A stretch of DNA of 50,993 nt from a virus (lineage: Duplodnaviria > Caudoviricetes): IMG/VR virus record IMGVR_UViG_3300005732_000004, positions 1 to 50,993 of that record; one strand, given 5' to 3'. This document shows positions 15,805 to 25,064 of the stretch, piece by piece (the stretch's first letter is position 1; every line of letters begins with the position of its first letter). The position numbers were made by a program, and so were the translations under genes. Below the pieces are notes generated by a model that made no database searches, had not been told where the DNA came from, and saw nothing but the letters and a program-made list of their open reading frames with translations.

Positions 15805-17717
15805 TGGCAGAAAATAGCGGTATCGAGTGGACGCATCACACGTTCAACCCTTGGATCGGATGCACTAAAGTAAGTGCGGCATGTGATAATTGCCTGCACC
15901 CCGACACGCTCGTGATGATGTCTGATTCAAGTTGGAGGCGTATAGGTGAACTGTCCGCAGGTGACGTTCTTTATGGCTTCAGTGAAGGCCAAGGAGCGGG
16001 GAGGAACCGCGTAGGCGCTCCTTCTTTGGTCGAGGCAGTGTGGGAGACGTCTGCCCCAACAATCACAATTAGGACTTCAAGTGGGAAGGAGATAACAGGG
16101 AGCAAAAATCACCTGTTCTTGGTTCGAACGCCTAGCAGGACGGTATGGAAACGTGCTGATGAACTTACGATAGGGTCGGTATTACTCGGATGGGGCGACC
16201 CTAAGACCGCGGCCAATATTTCAGACCCAGACTATGCATCAGGTTATGTTGCTGGCGTTTCCGATGGGGATGGGACTTTAAGGTTCGACGCAGATTGGCG
16301 CTCAGACAAATGTGGTTTTCCTCAGATGTATTGGCGCGTTGCAGTACTGGAAACTGATCGGCCACTGATTGATCGTCTTTTGTCTTCACTTCACATTCTT
16401 GGTGTCGATCTTCACGAAAGACCTTTTTCAGGCGGGGGGGATTGCAAGCCAATGATCAAGGTCGAAACACGGGCCAAGAAGACAATCCAAGCGGTTGTAG
16501 ACGCAATGGGCTTTAGGGACGCAGACCAATGGAAGGCGGGTTGGTTGGCAGGTTTCTTGGACACAGACGGATTTTGTTCAGGCAGTGCAAGAGCATCAGG
16601 AGTCGTCCACCGGTGGAGCCAAGTTTATGAACGCAACGGCCATCTTGATCGCACTGTCCAGTTTATTCACGATCTTGGTTTTCGGGCGACACTTGAACGG
16701 TATGAAAATCGCGCTTCAACAGTCGTACTCAACGTCAACAGCGTTGAGGAGCGGTTCCGCTTTATCGGGACAATTCGTCCGGCTCTATCCCGCAAAGGAG
16801 TAGATAGGGTCTACGGCTCCAAGCACGCGCCCAATGAAGACGCAGTAACACAACTGATCGAGGGGCCCGAAGATAAATTGATTGACATAACAACTTCTAC
16901 GCGGACTTTCGTCGCCAATGGGGTATCAACTCACAATTGCTACGCTGAAGCATGGGACAACCGATTTAATGGAGAACGGTGGGGCGCAAAAGCTGCGCGG
17001 ACAAGAACCAAAACATGGGGCAACCCTGTCAAGTGGCAAAAACAGGCCAAGGCGAACGGCAAACGATACCGCGTGTTCGTGGCTTCATTGGCTGACGTAT
17101 TCGACAACCACAAATCTATTCAGCCAGAATGGCGGCATGAACTTTGGTGCTTGATTAAGCAATGTCCTGACTTGGACTTTCTAATGCTTACAAAGCGCCC
17201 TCAGAACATCAAAAAGTATCTACCCGATGATTGGGGTGCTGGATATCCGAACGTTTGGCTTGGGACCACGGTTGAAGATCAAACCGAAGCTGATAGGCGC
17301 ATCCCGCATCTGCTGGACGTTCCTGCGCGATTACACTTCTTATCGTGTGAGCCTTTGCTGGGGTATGTTGATCTTGCCGAGTGTTGGCACGGGGAAGACG
17401 CGCTAGGGTCCGAATGCTGGGGCGATTGCGGATGGTGTGAAAATGGGCGCATTCCATTGCATAATTGTGCCAAGGGCAAACAGACCAACGAGCAGTTTTC
17501 AAAAGGTCACAGTGGCATAGGCTGGGTGATCACTGGCGGCGAGAACGCGACGGAGTTTCGTTCTGCTAACCCCGATTGGTTTAGGTCATTACGTGATCAA
17601 TGCGCTTTGGCTGACGTGCCGTTCCTGTTTAAACAATGGGAAGGCAAAAGCCAAAAAGAAATCAAGGCTAAAGGCCGCGAATTAGATGGTGTTATTCATG
17701 ACGGGTATCCCGCATGA
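15804..17717 (+). CDS. Gp37Gp68/DUF5131 (radical-SAM-like) protein containing an intein
   Basis: IEWT..TFNPWIGCTKVSAACDN|intein|CYAE; LTKRP, NVWLGTTVE, FLSCEPLLG, WVITGGE and FLFKQW motifs. Confidence 0.92.
   Translation: MAENSGIEWTHHTFNPWIGCTKVSAACDNCLHPDTLVMMSDSSWRRIGELSAGDVLYGFSEGQGAGRNRVGAPSLVEAVWETSAPTITIRTSSGKEITGSKNHLFLVRTPSRTVWKRADELTIGSVLLGWGDPKTAANISDPDYASGYVAGVSDGDGTLRFDADWRSDKCGFPQMYWRVAVLETDRPLIDRLLSSLHILGVDLHERPFSGGGDCKPMIKVETRAKKTIQAVVDAMGFRDADQWKAGWLAGFLDTDGFCSGSARASGVVHRWSQVYERNGHLDRTVQFIHDLGFRATLERYENRASTVVLNVNSVEERFRFIGTIRPALSRKGVDRVYGSKHAPNEDAVTQLIEGPEDKLIDITTSTRTFVANGVSTHNCYAEAWDNRFNGERWGAKAARTRTKTWGNPVKWQKQAKANGKRYRVFVASLADVFDNHKSIQPEWRHELWCLIKQCPDLDFLMLTKRPQNIKKYLPDDWGAGYPNVWLGTTVEDQTEADRRIPHLLDVPARLHFLSCEPLLGYVDLAECWHGEDALGSECWGDCGWCENGRIPLHNCAKGKQTNEQFSKGHSGIGWVITGGENATEFRSANPDWFRSLRDQCALADVPFLFKQWEGKSQKEIKAKGRELDGVIHDGYPA
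15891..16937 (+). mobile_element. intein (349 aa) with LAGLIDADG homing endonuclease
   Basis: Starts CLHPDTLVMM; block B ITGSKNHLF; YVAGVSDGDG and WLAGFLDTDG; ends TFVANGVSTHN followed by Cys+1. Confidence 0.95.
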
Positions 17718-18136
17718 TCCACTCCAAGGAATACACTGATGCGGCAAAGGGACAACCCTGCACGTTTCAAATCCCAGGGGTTTGCAACGGCGATTGGACA
17801 ACAACAGTATCAGCGCATATTCGAGATGAACACAAAGGCGGAGGCAGCAAGGCTAGTGACATAAGCACTGCGGATGCATGTTTTTGTTGCCACGATGTAT
17901 TTGATGGCCGCGTTGGACAAATGATCCTATCGAAAGAAGATTGGCTGTTCTATGCCCTTAGGGGCTTACAGCGAACAATTGAAAACAGGATAGCGCGGGG
18001 CATTATCAAAGTTCCTATGGACACCACCAAGCGCAAAAGCGGAAAGAAAATCACCAGCGGCCAAAAGATGCAATCCAGGCCAATGCGAAACGAGAAATTC
18101 AAACGGAAACTTAACGGCGAAACTGTCAAACGATAG
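17714..18136 (+). CDS. DUF1364 (YbcO-like) putative nuclease
   Basis: AKGQPCT.QIPGVC...TTVSAH...K.SD...AC..CHD..DGR. Confidence 0.85.
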   Translation: MIHSKEYTDAAKGQPCTFQIPGVCNGDWTTTVSAHIRDEHKGGGSKASDISTADACFCCHDVFDGRVGQMILSKEDWLFYALRGLQRTIENRIARGIIKVPMDTTKRKSGKKITSGQKMQSRPMRNEKFKRKLNGETVKR

Positions 18137-18160
18137 CGCCAAACCAAAGAGGGTAATAAA

Positions 18161-18547
18161 ATGGATAAGACACGAAACACAAATGAAGTACGCAAGAAGG
18201 CTATCAGCCTAGTTGATAGCTATGAGGAGTTTCTAGTGCTGGCGGCAACAAAGCGCCTACAGCTATTGCGTGAAATCAAAGAACTTGATCAGACAGTTGT
18301 TGACGTAACGCAAGCCAAACTCGGTGCTGAGGCAACAACTTTCTTGTTGGATGAAGATGATGGCGAACGCAACTATACACCAAACCCTGTCAATGTGACG
18401 GATGAAAGCCAATTAGCCAAGCTTGGAAAGAAGTTTGAGGCTGAAGCGTCCGCGCCCGATATGATGCAAGAAATGCGTGATATTACCGCCGAAGTTGAAG
18501 CCGAGACAGACGCAACAGGCGATGCAAAGGCTGTGGAGGGTGAGTAG
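18161..18547 (+). CDS. hypothetical acidic protein
   Basis: GAGGG RBS. Confidence 0.75.
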   Translation: MDKTRNTNEVRKKAISLVDSYEEFLVLAATKRLQLLREIKELDQTVVDVTQAKLGAEATTFLLDEDDGERNYTPNPVNVTDESQLAKLGKKFEAEASAPDMMQEMRDITAEVEAETDATGDAKAVEGE

Positions 18548-18760
18548 GTGTTCGGGATGAAAATTGTGATGACAGATGGTCTGCCAAAGGTTTGGGATTA
18601 TTCAAAATGTCGGTCGCCTTCACGAGCGGAACGGCGGCATAAGCGAAATGGCCATGTTAACCCGCATATGGTTCAAGAGCCGGACAAAGCGGTTATCATG
18701 GGTAACACGGCATTTGTATCGCCAAGAATGTATCACGCATTGCAACGGACCGCCCAATAA
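18548..18760 (+). CDS. hypothetical phage protein
   Basis: DYSKCRSPSRAERR motif. Confidence 0.7.
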   Translation: MFGMKIVMTDGLPKVWDYSKCRSPSRAERRHKRNGHVNPHMVQEPDKAVIMGNTAFVSPRMYHALQRTAQ

Positions 18761-18763
18761 CCA

Positions 18764-18793
18764 AGACATTCACAAAGGAACAAGCGCTTAACG
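18764..18793 (+). repeat. 30-bp perfect repeat, copy 2
   Basis: Identical to the reverse complement of 39-68; intergenic. Confidence 0.95.
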
Positions 18794-18843
18794 AAAGAAA
18801 CTACGTAAGTACGAAAGAACTTAACTAAAGGGGGTCGGATAGC

Positions 18844-19131
18844 ATGGCATTGATGTGCAAAGTATGTGGCGTGAACAACTCACGAGCCACAAGAATATAC
18901 CAACCAGAGGATTGTATGCGAGGTGAAGATGTGCAGGACGGGGCCGATATGTGCGCGGGAATGCGCTTAATGCTGACAGAAATGGCCTTGCGTCGGGCAG
19001 TCTGCCCAGAAGCATTTGATACCAACGGGCGGATAAAAACTGCCCAACTTGGTTTTGCTGTAGAGGCTCAAAACAAGGCGATAGAACAGCAAAAGCGCGT
19101 TTTCGGGCCAACGTTGATTAAAGGGGAATAA
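18844..19131 (+). CDS. hypothetical Cys-containing protein
   Basis: CxxC near the N-terminus. Confidence 0.7.
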   Translation: MALMCKVCGVNNSRATRIYQPEDCMRGEDVQDGADMCAGMRLMLTEMALRRAVCPEAFDTNGRIKTAQLGFAVEAQNKAIEQQKRVFGPTLIKGE

Positions 19132-19133
19132 GC

Positions 19134-19604
19134 ATGGGCAAGCTATCTAAACCAGCCAAGCGCGGCAAGGACGTGCTAGACTATATCCTGAAACGCTACA
19201 CACAAGCCAATGGGAAGGTCTACAACAAGCGCGGCGATGAATGTGGGTACTTGACCCCGCAAGGGCGCTATAAGCTCACCCTGTACCCTCCTAGCGGCAA
19301 ATGCGTCATGTTTCGCAGCCATGTAATATGGGCAATTGTGCATAAGCGGTTAGCAACTGGCACATTAGATCATCAAGATGATGACCGGACCAATGATGAT
19401 ATTGGCAATCTAAAGGAAATGCCTATGGTCAAGAATTGGGCTAAATCATCCACAACGCCTAGAGGCGTTACCGAATATCGCGAAGGTGCGTATATGGCCA
19501 GGGTGATATGTGACGGGGTGCGCCATTATTTCGGGTCTAGCAAATGCGTAGATGAAGCTGCTGAAATGGCAAGGCAAGGGCGTGAGCTATTGGGTGTGGA
19601 GTAG
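19134..19604 (+). CDS. HNH homing endonuclease (HNH plus AP2-like)
   Basis: SHVIWAIVH...LDHQDDDRTNDDIGNL; RGV...YMARV...HYFG. Confidence 0.85.
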   Translation: MGKLSKPAKRGKDVLDYILKRYTQANGKVYNKRGDECGYLTPQGRYKLTLYPPSGKCVMFRSHVIWAIVHKRLATGTLDHQDDDRTNDDIGNLKEMPMVKNWAKSSTTPRGVTEYREGAYMARVICDGVRHYFGSSKCVDEAAEMARQGRELLGVE

Positions 19605-19605
19605 G

Positions 19606-19764
19606 TTAGTCAGCGTTCCTTTTAAACAGCTTATCAATATAATCGATAATGGATTTTCTGAGGCGTTTATTTCGCAATATTAGTGCGATTATCCCGAAAT
19701 CTAAAACCGCTAAAGGAAAGGCTGCTGCCTTCATATATAAGTCGATTATTTCGTAAATATCCAT
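19606..19764 (-). CDS. 52-aa single-TM protein (not in ORF track)
   Basis: MDIYEIIDLYMKAAAFPLAVLDFGIIALILRNKRLRK...; AAGGG RBS; overlaps the tail of the upstream membrane gene. Confidence 0.55.
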   Translation of the reverse strand: MDIYEIIDLYMKAAAFPLAVLDFGIIALILRNKRLRKSIIDYIDKLFKRNAD

Positions 19765-20149
19765 GGTCCCTTGGTCCAATTATTAGAAACATTGCGATAT
19801 AACCAGACGCTTCATAAATAGCTCCTGAATCGTCAAGGCTAAGGGAACCCCACGAGGCGAAAACGCCAGCTATTGAAACGATGATTAGGCACATTGCAAT
19901 TAGTATGCCTTGCAGTGAATAAGAAGCCCAGCGCATTACGACAAGGGCTGACAAAGTATAGAGCAACGAAGTAAGCAGATATGAAAAATCCAGCGGGGTG
20001 AAAGCGACTGTTGCCCTAGTCGCCACCCATAGAAGGATCAAAAGGGCAGCAAATTCCCGCTTGCCCTTTATAAGCAAACAAGGGGACATGAGCGTTAACA
20101 AAACGCCCATATAGAATAAACCCCATATATTTGTCGAGATTAGCGCCAA
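19667..20149 (-). CDS. multi-pass membrane protein
   Basis: About 5 hydrophobic segments; exact start uncertain. Confidence 0.75.
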   Translation of the reverse strand: MALISTNIWGLFYMGVLLTLMSPCLLIKGKREFAALLILLWVATRATVAFTPLDFSYLLTSLLYTLSALVVMRWASYSLQGILIAMCLIIVSIAGVFASWGSLSLDDSGAIYEASGYIAMFLIIGPRDHGYLRNNRLIYEGSSLSFSGFRFRDNRTNIAK

Positions 20150-20472
20150 GATGAAACCTCAATGCCAATTTCTTTTGAAGCGGCGATAATGTCATCATCA
20201 GTTGGTGACGCTATGCCACAATCACAAAGAACTTTTCGCAAGCTGTTATGGGCCATTTTCACTTTTGGGCCAGCGGCGATAGCCTCTAAAATAAGCGCCT
20301 CGGCTTCGCCAGCTTCCATATGCAGAGCATCGAATGATGCGCAAACATCTTTTGTAGCTTTCCGAACTTCTTCTAGCGCTTTTAAGCCAAGGGCCTCACC
20401 TTTTGCTTGATGTTCCCGATAGCGCATTAGCGCAGCGCCAGCCAATTTAACAGACTTTGGACATTCGTGCAT
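20140..20472 (-). CDS. helical hypothetical protein
   Basis: AGGA RBS; 110 aa. Confidence 0.8.
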   Translation of the reverse strand: MHECPKSVKLAGAALMRYREHQAKGEALGLKALEEVRKATKDVCASFDALHMEAGEAEALILEAIAAGPKVKMAHNSLRKVLCDCGIASPTDDDIIAASKEIGIEVSSWR

Positions 20473-20480
20473 TTGTATTC

Positions 20481-20903
20481 CTACTCTTGTATTGTGATTT
20501 CACCACTAATTGAAACAAAAAGCCCGTCAACAGTACGGTAAGTCCATACAGCGCGGGCAACATCACCAGATTGCAGGGCTGGGCATGTATCGCCCGTCCA
20601 CTTGTCAGGTGTGTAATATTCTAATTCAGACCTGCCCTCATACGGGGCTTTGCCGCCGCCAGAACACAAAGAAATGTTATCTCTAACAATCTCAGCGGCC
20701 CAATCGGCTTGGATAATTCCGCCCTCTACCTCGAATGCTTGGCCGAACATGCCTTCGCTATATTCTAACGATTGAAGCTTCATGGATATTGGAGGTGGTG
20801 GGGATGATATCTTTGTTGCTGTTTTCTGCACCCCGACCCCAAGGTTTAGGCCAACAAAGCTAAGCCCTAAAACAGCAGCAGCAACGATTAGATTGGTTTG
20901 CAT
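20481..20903 (-). CDS. membrane-anchored or secreted protein
   Basis: Likely start MQTNLIVAAAVL (TAATG overlap); N-terminal TM. Confidence 0.75.
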   Translation of the reverse strand: MQTNLIVAAAVLGLSFVGLNLGVGVQKTATKISSPPPPISMKLQSLEYSEGMFGQAFEVEGGIIQADWAAEIVRDNISLCSGGGKAPYEGRSELEYYTPDKWTGDTCPALQSGDVARAVWTYRTVDGLFVSISGEITIQE

Positions 20904-21136
20904 TATACCCACCCTTGAGCGCTCATCCACGCGCCCGCTACCACCATAAACATTAGAAGAGGCCCCCCGATTTTTATTACGGTTGATATGATGGTGAATG
21001 CTTGCACTATCGATGCCCCGCTGTTCAGTATTTGCCATTTATCTGATACCTCGTTGAACATGTGCCGGATTTTCGCAGCTTCGTCACCTTCGATAGGCTC
21101 TTTTGAAAAGCCATTCCCATGAAAATCATCTTTCAC
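20903..21136 (-). CDS. holin-like small membrane protein
   Basis: C-terminal hydrophobic helices; sits in the lysis cassette. Confidence 0.5.
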   Translation of the reverse strand: MKDDFHGNGFSKEPIEGDEAAKIRHMFNEVSDKWQILNSGASIVQAFTIISTVIKIGGPLLMFMVVAGAWMSAQGWV

Positions 21137-21350
21137 TTACCATGCCTTTCCAACAACCGATTGATTGCCCATGCTTATTATGCGCAAGAATATCCCGCGC
21201 AAGACCGTCAGAAACTTCGAAAATATCATCAACAGTCGGCTTAATAGGCTTCCATCCATCACAAGCAACGCCCCCTTTAGTCGTGGCGCAACCACTCAGA
21301 ACGAAGCTCATCACGAACAGCGCTAGTAGGCATGTTGCGAATTTCTTCAT
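21126..21350 (-). CDS. outer-membrane spanin (Rz1-like lipoprotein)
   Basis: Signal peptide with lipobox LSGC; overlaps the i-spanin 3' end in another frame. Confidence 0.85.
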   Translation of the reverse strand: MKKFATCLLALFVMSFVLSGCATTKGGVACDGWKPIKPTVDDIFEVSDGLARDILAHNKHGQSIGCWKGMVSER

Positions 21351-21531
21351 CAGTCCTAACCCTTTTACGTAAATTCTTTAGGCTTTGCTCAGTTTGCTTT
21401 GCCCGTTCGCTTGCTTTGCCAGCAAGGAAAACTTTCAGCAATAAAGCCCCTAGCCCCGCAGCGATTAGAAAAGCGGAGGCAAAAAACCTGCCTACTTTTG
21501 ATCCAACCAACATTGCGATAAAGCTTGCCAT
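21277..21531 (-). CDS. inner-membrane spanin (Rz-like)
   Basis: N-terminal TM plus charged helix, directly after the endolysin. Confidence 0.8.
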   Translation of the reverse strand: MASFIAMLVGSKVGRFFASAFLIAAGLGALLLKVFLAGKASERAKQTEQSLKNLRKRVRTDEEIRNMPTSAVRDELRSEWLRHD

Positions 21532-22367
21532 TATGCAGGGTCCATAGTTTTAATGCGCTTAATCAGGTAAAACGCCGCTATCAGCCCAAAGATTACAAGT
21601 AAAGCTGACAATGCCCATTGTATAGGACCAGAGCCAGCTAGTACAGCCCCTAGAGATGATATAATGCTACCAAACAAACCTAATGTATCTGGCTTTTTCA
21701 TAGCATCAATAATATTTGGTTGTTCTGGCTCTGCTTTTGCATCAGGGCGTTTAGGCGGTATTGGTGCTGGAATATTCTCAATAGGTAGCTCAGTCGCAGC
21801 CATACGGGTAGCGCGGTCTATTACACCGATGTCATCAGTTTGGACGCCTAGACGTTTACCCATGACGCGGGTTGTCCAGCCGTTCTTAAATCGTTTCCAG
21901 CTTTTCAGCGTCTTCATAAACGCCCAGCGTCGATGGCAATACGCACTGATAAGCGAAACAGTTTGATCTACCGTTAGCGCATCAATGGCGGCAATGGTAT
22001 TTATGCCCACTTGCCCGTCAATCTTTAGACCGGATTTGAATAGGCTGTTAACCGTGCGCTGCAAATCTTTTCCAGCTTTATTTGTGCCGGAGTTGATGGC
22101 ATAATCGCAAACAGCATAATCAACACCAGACCGCAAGCGGTCACAACTGGAAATATCCCAATATTGAACCTTGAATATTTCCGATGCCTCACCTTTTGTT
22201 AACGCCTTAACCTCAGTGATCGTGACGTTTTTCTTTCCACGCCATGCCGCCAAAACCTTATGCGTTATGCCGTGATTAGTTGGACCGCCATTGTCTTGAG
22301 GGTCGTTAACGTACCCGCCTTCTGACAAGCCCATCCATTTTAAAACTATCGGCCAATTTTCCTTCAT
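21531..22367 (-). CDS. endolysin, glycoside hydrolase family 108, with C-terminal TM helices
   Basis: EGGYVNDPQDNGGPTNHGIT; D.AINSG; DGQVG; F.NGW..RV; start MKENWP after GGAG. Confidence 0.92.
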   Translation of the reverse strand: MKENWPIVLKWMGLSEGGYVNDPQDNGGPTNHGITHKVLAAWRGKKNVTITEVKALTKGEASEIFKVQYWDISSCDRLRSGVDYAVCDYAINSGTNKAGKDLQRTVNSLFKSGLKIDGQVGINTIAAIDALTVDQTVSLISAYCHRRWAFMKTLKSWKRFKNGWTTRVMGKRLGVQTDDIGVIDRATRMAATELPIENIPAPIPPKRPDAKAEPEQPNIIDAMKKPDTLGLFGSIISSLGAVLAGSGPIQWALSALLVIFGLIAAFYLIKRIKTMDPA

Positions 22368-22389
22368 TATAATCTCCAAGTTAGCTAGG

Positions 22390-24798
22390 TTAGACCAGTG
22401 TTGCGCACCAAGTAACTTGCACATCTGCACTAGCGCTAAACGAAGCTCCAGTTGTCACGTTTAAAAATAACCGCCGTGATGCTGGCGATTTTGCGACACG
22501 ATCTGTAGCCGCTGCCATTGATAAAGATAGAGTGTTGCCAGTTGGTTGAACACATTGAAGTGTGAAATCGCCGTTCCCAGCCGCCGTGCCACCAACATCA
22601 AGAGACACGGTTAATGTGTCGCTTAATGATGCTGTTGTTGTGGCAACAGCTAAGTAATTTATCACATAATTTTCGTAAAGCGCAACGCCACCAAAAACAG
22701 AATTTTTCGCATAAACGTCAATATTCGCAGAAGGGCCAGGATTTTGAATATTTTCTGTGAAAACTACTTTACTCTCGCTAAACCAGACATTTGACAAATC
22801 TCCACTTTCATCTCTAATCGCGAGACCGGAACCAAGAGACCCGACAATAGAATGGGTGAACGATGTTGCGCGAACCCCTGGCAATGCGTGGATAAAATCA
22901 GGGTTTGCCGTTGCAAGCCCCTCCGTTCTAACGTGAGTTATTTTGTTGTCTACGCATTTCCCCGCGAAAACCTCATATGTAGACGTAGCATCAGGAACAA
23001 CCGCCCAAGGATCGGCTACCGTATAGGTGGTAGCTGTGTTCGATGCAATGCGCCGGACTTGTCCAGACCCCGTCCCGCCTGTTATTTGCACCGCGCTATT
23101 GAGATATTTATTCGTGGTTAAAGACTTGCTTGTGTCAATAAGCGTATTTTGAGCATTGGAACCCGTTGAAGTACCGTTCTCAACATAAGCATTGTTGTTT
23201 AAGCGAAAATAAGCACCAGTCACGCTTTCGCCGTTGATATGAGAAATCATGTTGCCGTTTCCAGCCTCCATATCGACGAGATATGCAACAGCCGCAACAC
23301 GGTTTAACGGCCCTATAATGTTGGCATTCCCACCGTTTGAACCAGCAACAGCATCGCCCAAAGCCCCTTGTGAAAATTTAATCGCCGCTTGGGTGTAGTT
23401 TGTACCGCCCGCGCCATCACCACCGAAAAGCCCCGGTGATTTAATAACATTATAGTACGGTGATGAACCGTTGTTACCTTGGCCATAGTACAGAACTGCA
23501 TTTGCCCTTTTAATCTGCATTTGAACGTTGAACTCAGAGTATGCAAACGATGTGATATCAACGCCTGTGTCGGGGTCTGTTGTGTGGGAAGTCGTGATGA
23601 TAGAAAAGTTATCAAACAAACAATAATTATAAGTTGTTGTTGATGCTTCCTCGTCGCTGTCGCCTGTAATGACAGTGCCACCAGATGCATTCACGAACTT
23701 AATCTTTGAAATCCCGGAACCAAGGCCGACAAGCTGGAAATTGCTTCTCGCTGCGTAAATTGGACCTGTCACATATAACTCACCAGCAGGGATAACAAAT
23801 CTTGCTGGGGCAATATCGGTGTTCTGAATTACAGTATTCACCGCAGCAGACTGATCTACTGCACCGCCCATAACGACACCAAATTGTCGCAAATCATACC
23901 CGTTCTCGCTTGGGTTGCAATAGAATTTAACAGGGGTGCCATTTGAGTTTACAATATGATGGTCTGACGCGCCACTCGCCGCTACTGTGTAAGAAAACCC
24001 TTGCGCCCAAACAATATCACCCTCGGCAACAGTACCTGATTGTGAAGTTGTGTAAGTAAGCCCCGTGTCTGCAAGCAAAAGCGCAACGGTTTTAAACCCC
24101 TCATCTTTTGCAATGGTGGCGGCTGATTTCGCCGCACTTGTTAATGTACCATCCGCTAAATCAGTTCCCGCCCATTCGATATTTACCCGCGCAGTTCCAA
24201 CGTTTAGAGATGTTGAACCGTCATGGTTATTCACGTCTAACTCAACATAATCGGTCTGGTCTGTTGCGCCTGTTATATCAAAAACAGCATCAACAGAATC
24301 AACTGTTAACCGAACGCGGTTCTTTGTCGTGTTCCCATCTGGATCAAGCGCCAATAGCGTTGCTGAAATATCGGACAAGCCCAATGTTTCATCATCAATA
24401 TAAAGCTTGGTTGCAGCGCTTAAATCTGCATTGTTTGCACGGATAGATGATGTTGAAGGTGGTGCAGATGTTTCGGATTCAAACCCATACGCATAACCAG
24501 CACGGCCAAGCGCGTCGGCGTCATACTCGCCCGCCGTACCAATCGCTACATAGCGTAGCGTTCTGACTTGGGCACCATATGTGGCAATGATCTTATAAGC
24601 GCCACCGATAACATGAAACGCGACATTACCGTCCGCAACTGGTATAGGGTTAGCTAACGCCGATGTACCATTCCTATCAGAATATACATTTGTAAGCTCG
24701 CCAGTATCATCATTACGCACCTCGACGCTGCCCGCAGTCGTAATTTTTTTACCCGTCGTTTCATCTGTGAAATCAGTTTCAAACCGTGCAAGCGCCAT
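22390..24798 (-). CDS. tail fibre/tailspike with pectin-lyase-like beta-helix (putative depolymerase)
   Basis: Last large tail gene; RQFGVV...DQSAAVN...IPAGELYV...LVGLG beta-helix start. Confidence 0.8.
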   Translation of the reverse strand: MALARFETDFTDETTGKKITTAGSVEVRNDDTGELTNVYSDRNGTSALANPIPVADGNVAFHVIGGAYKIIATYGAQVRTLRYVAIGTAGEYDADALGRAGYAYGFESETSAPPSTSSIRANNADLSAATKLYIDDETLGLSDISATLLALDPDGNTTKNRVRLTVDSVDAVFDITGATDQTDYVELDVNNHDGSTSLNVGTARVNIEWAGTDLADGTLTSAAKSAATIAKDEGFKTVALLLADTGLTYTTSQSGTVAEGDIVWAQGFSYTVAASGASDHHIVNSNGTPVKFYCNPSENGYDLRQFGVVMGGAVDQSAAVNTVIQNTDIAPARFVIPAGELYVTGPIYAARSNFQLVGLGSGISKIKFVNASGGTVITGDSDEEASTTTYNYCLFDNFSIITTSHTTDPDTGVDITSFAYSEFNVQMQIKRANAVLYYGQGNNGSSPYYNVIKSPGLFGGDGAGGTNYTQAAIKFSQGALGDAVAGSNGGNANIIGPLNRVAAVAYLVDMEAGNGNMISHINGESVTGAYFRLNNNAYVENGTSTGSNAQNTLIDTSKSLTTNKYLNSAVQITGGTGSGQVRRIASNTATTYTVADPWAVVPDATSTYEVFAGKCVDNKITHVRTEGLATANPDFIHALPGVRATSFTHSIVGSLGSGLAIRDESGDLSNVWFSESKVVFTENIQNPGPSANIDVYAKNSVFGGVALYENYVINYLAVATTTASLSDTLTVSLDVGGTAAGNGDFTLQCVQPTGNTLSLSMAAATDRVAKSPASRRLFLNVTTGASFSASADVQVTWCATLV

Positions 24799-25064
24799 TA
24801 GCGAATACCTTTTTTCTTCTTACCAAAAATGAAAAGCCCTAGACCTATTGGCGATAATACACCAATGCCCATAACGAACCCCATAAATATATCAACCTGA
24901 GAAACGCAATAGGCCAATTCAATTCCGGCCTTAAACCATTCTACGATATCGGTGTTGTTGTGCATCTGCCAATCGTGGTCATCGCAACACGCCTCCCAAG
25001 ATCGACCCTCATTGTTCCAGCCATTAAACCAGCCCGTACAGCCATCACCCATTTCAATCGCCAT
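24798..25064 (-). CDS. small protein with PLA2-like CCxxHD motif and C-terminal TM
   Basis: DGCTGW...EACCDDHD. Confidence 0.65.
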   Translation of the reverse strand: MAIEMGDGCTGWFNGWNNEGRSWEACCDDHDWQMHNNTDIVEWFKAGIELAYCVSQVDIFMGFVMGIGVLSPIGLGLFIFGKKKKGIR

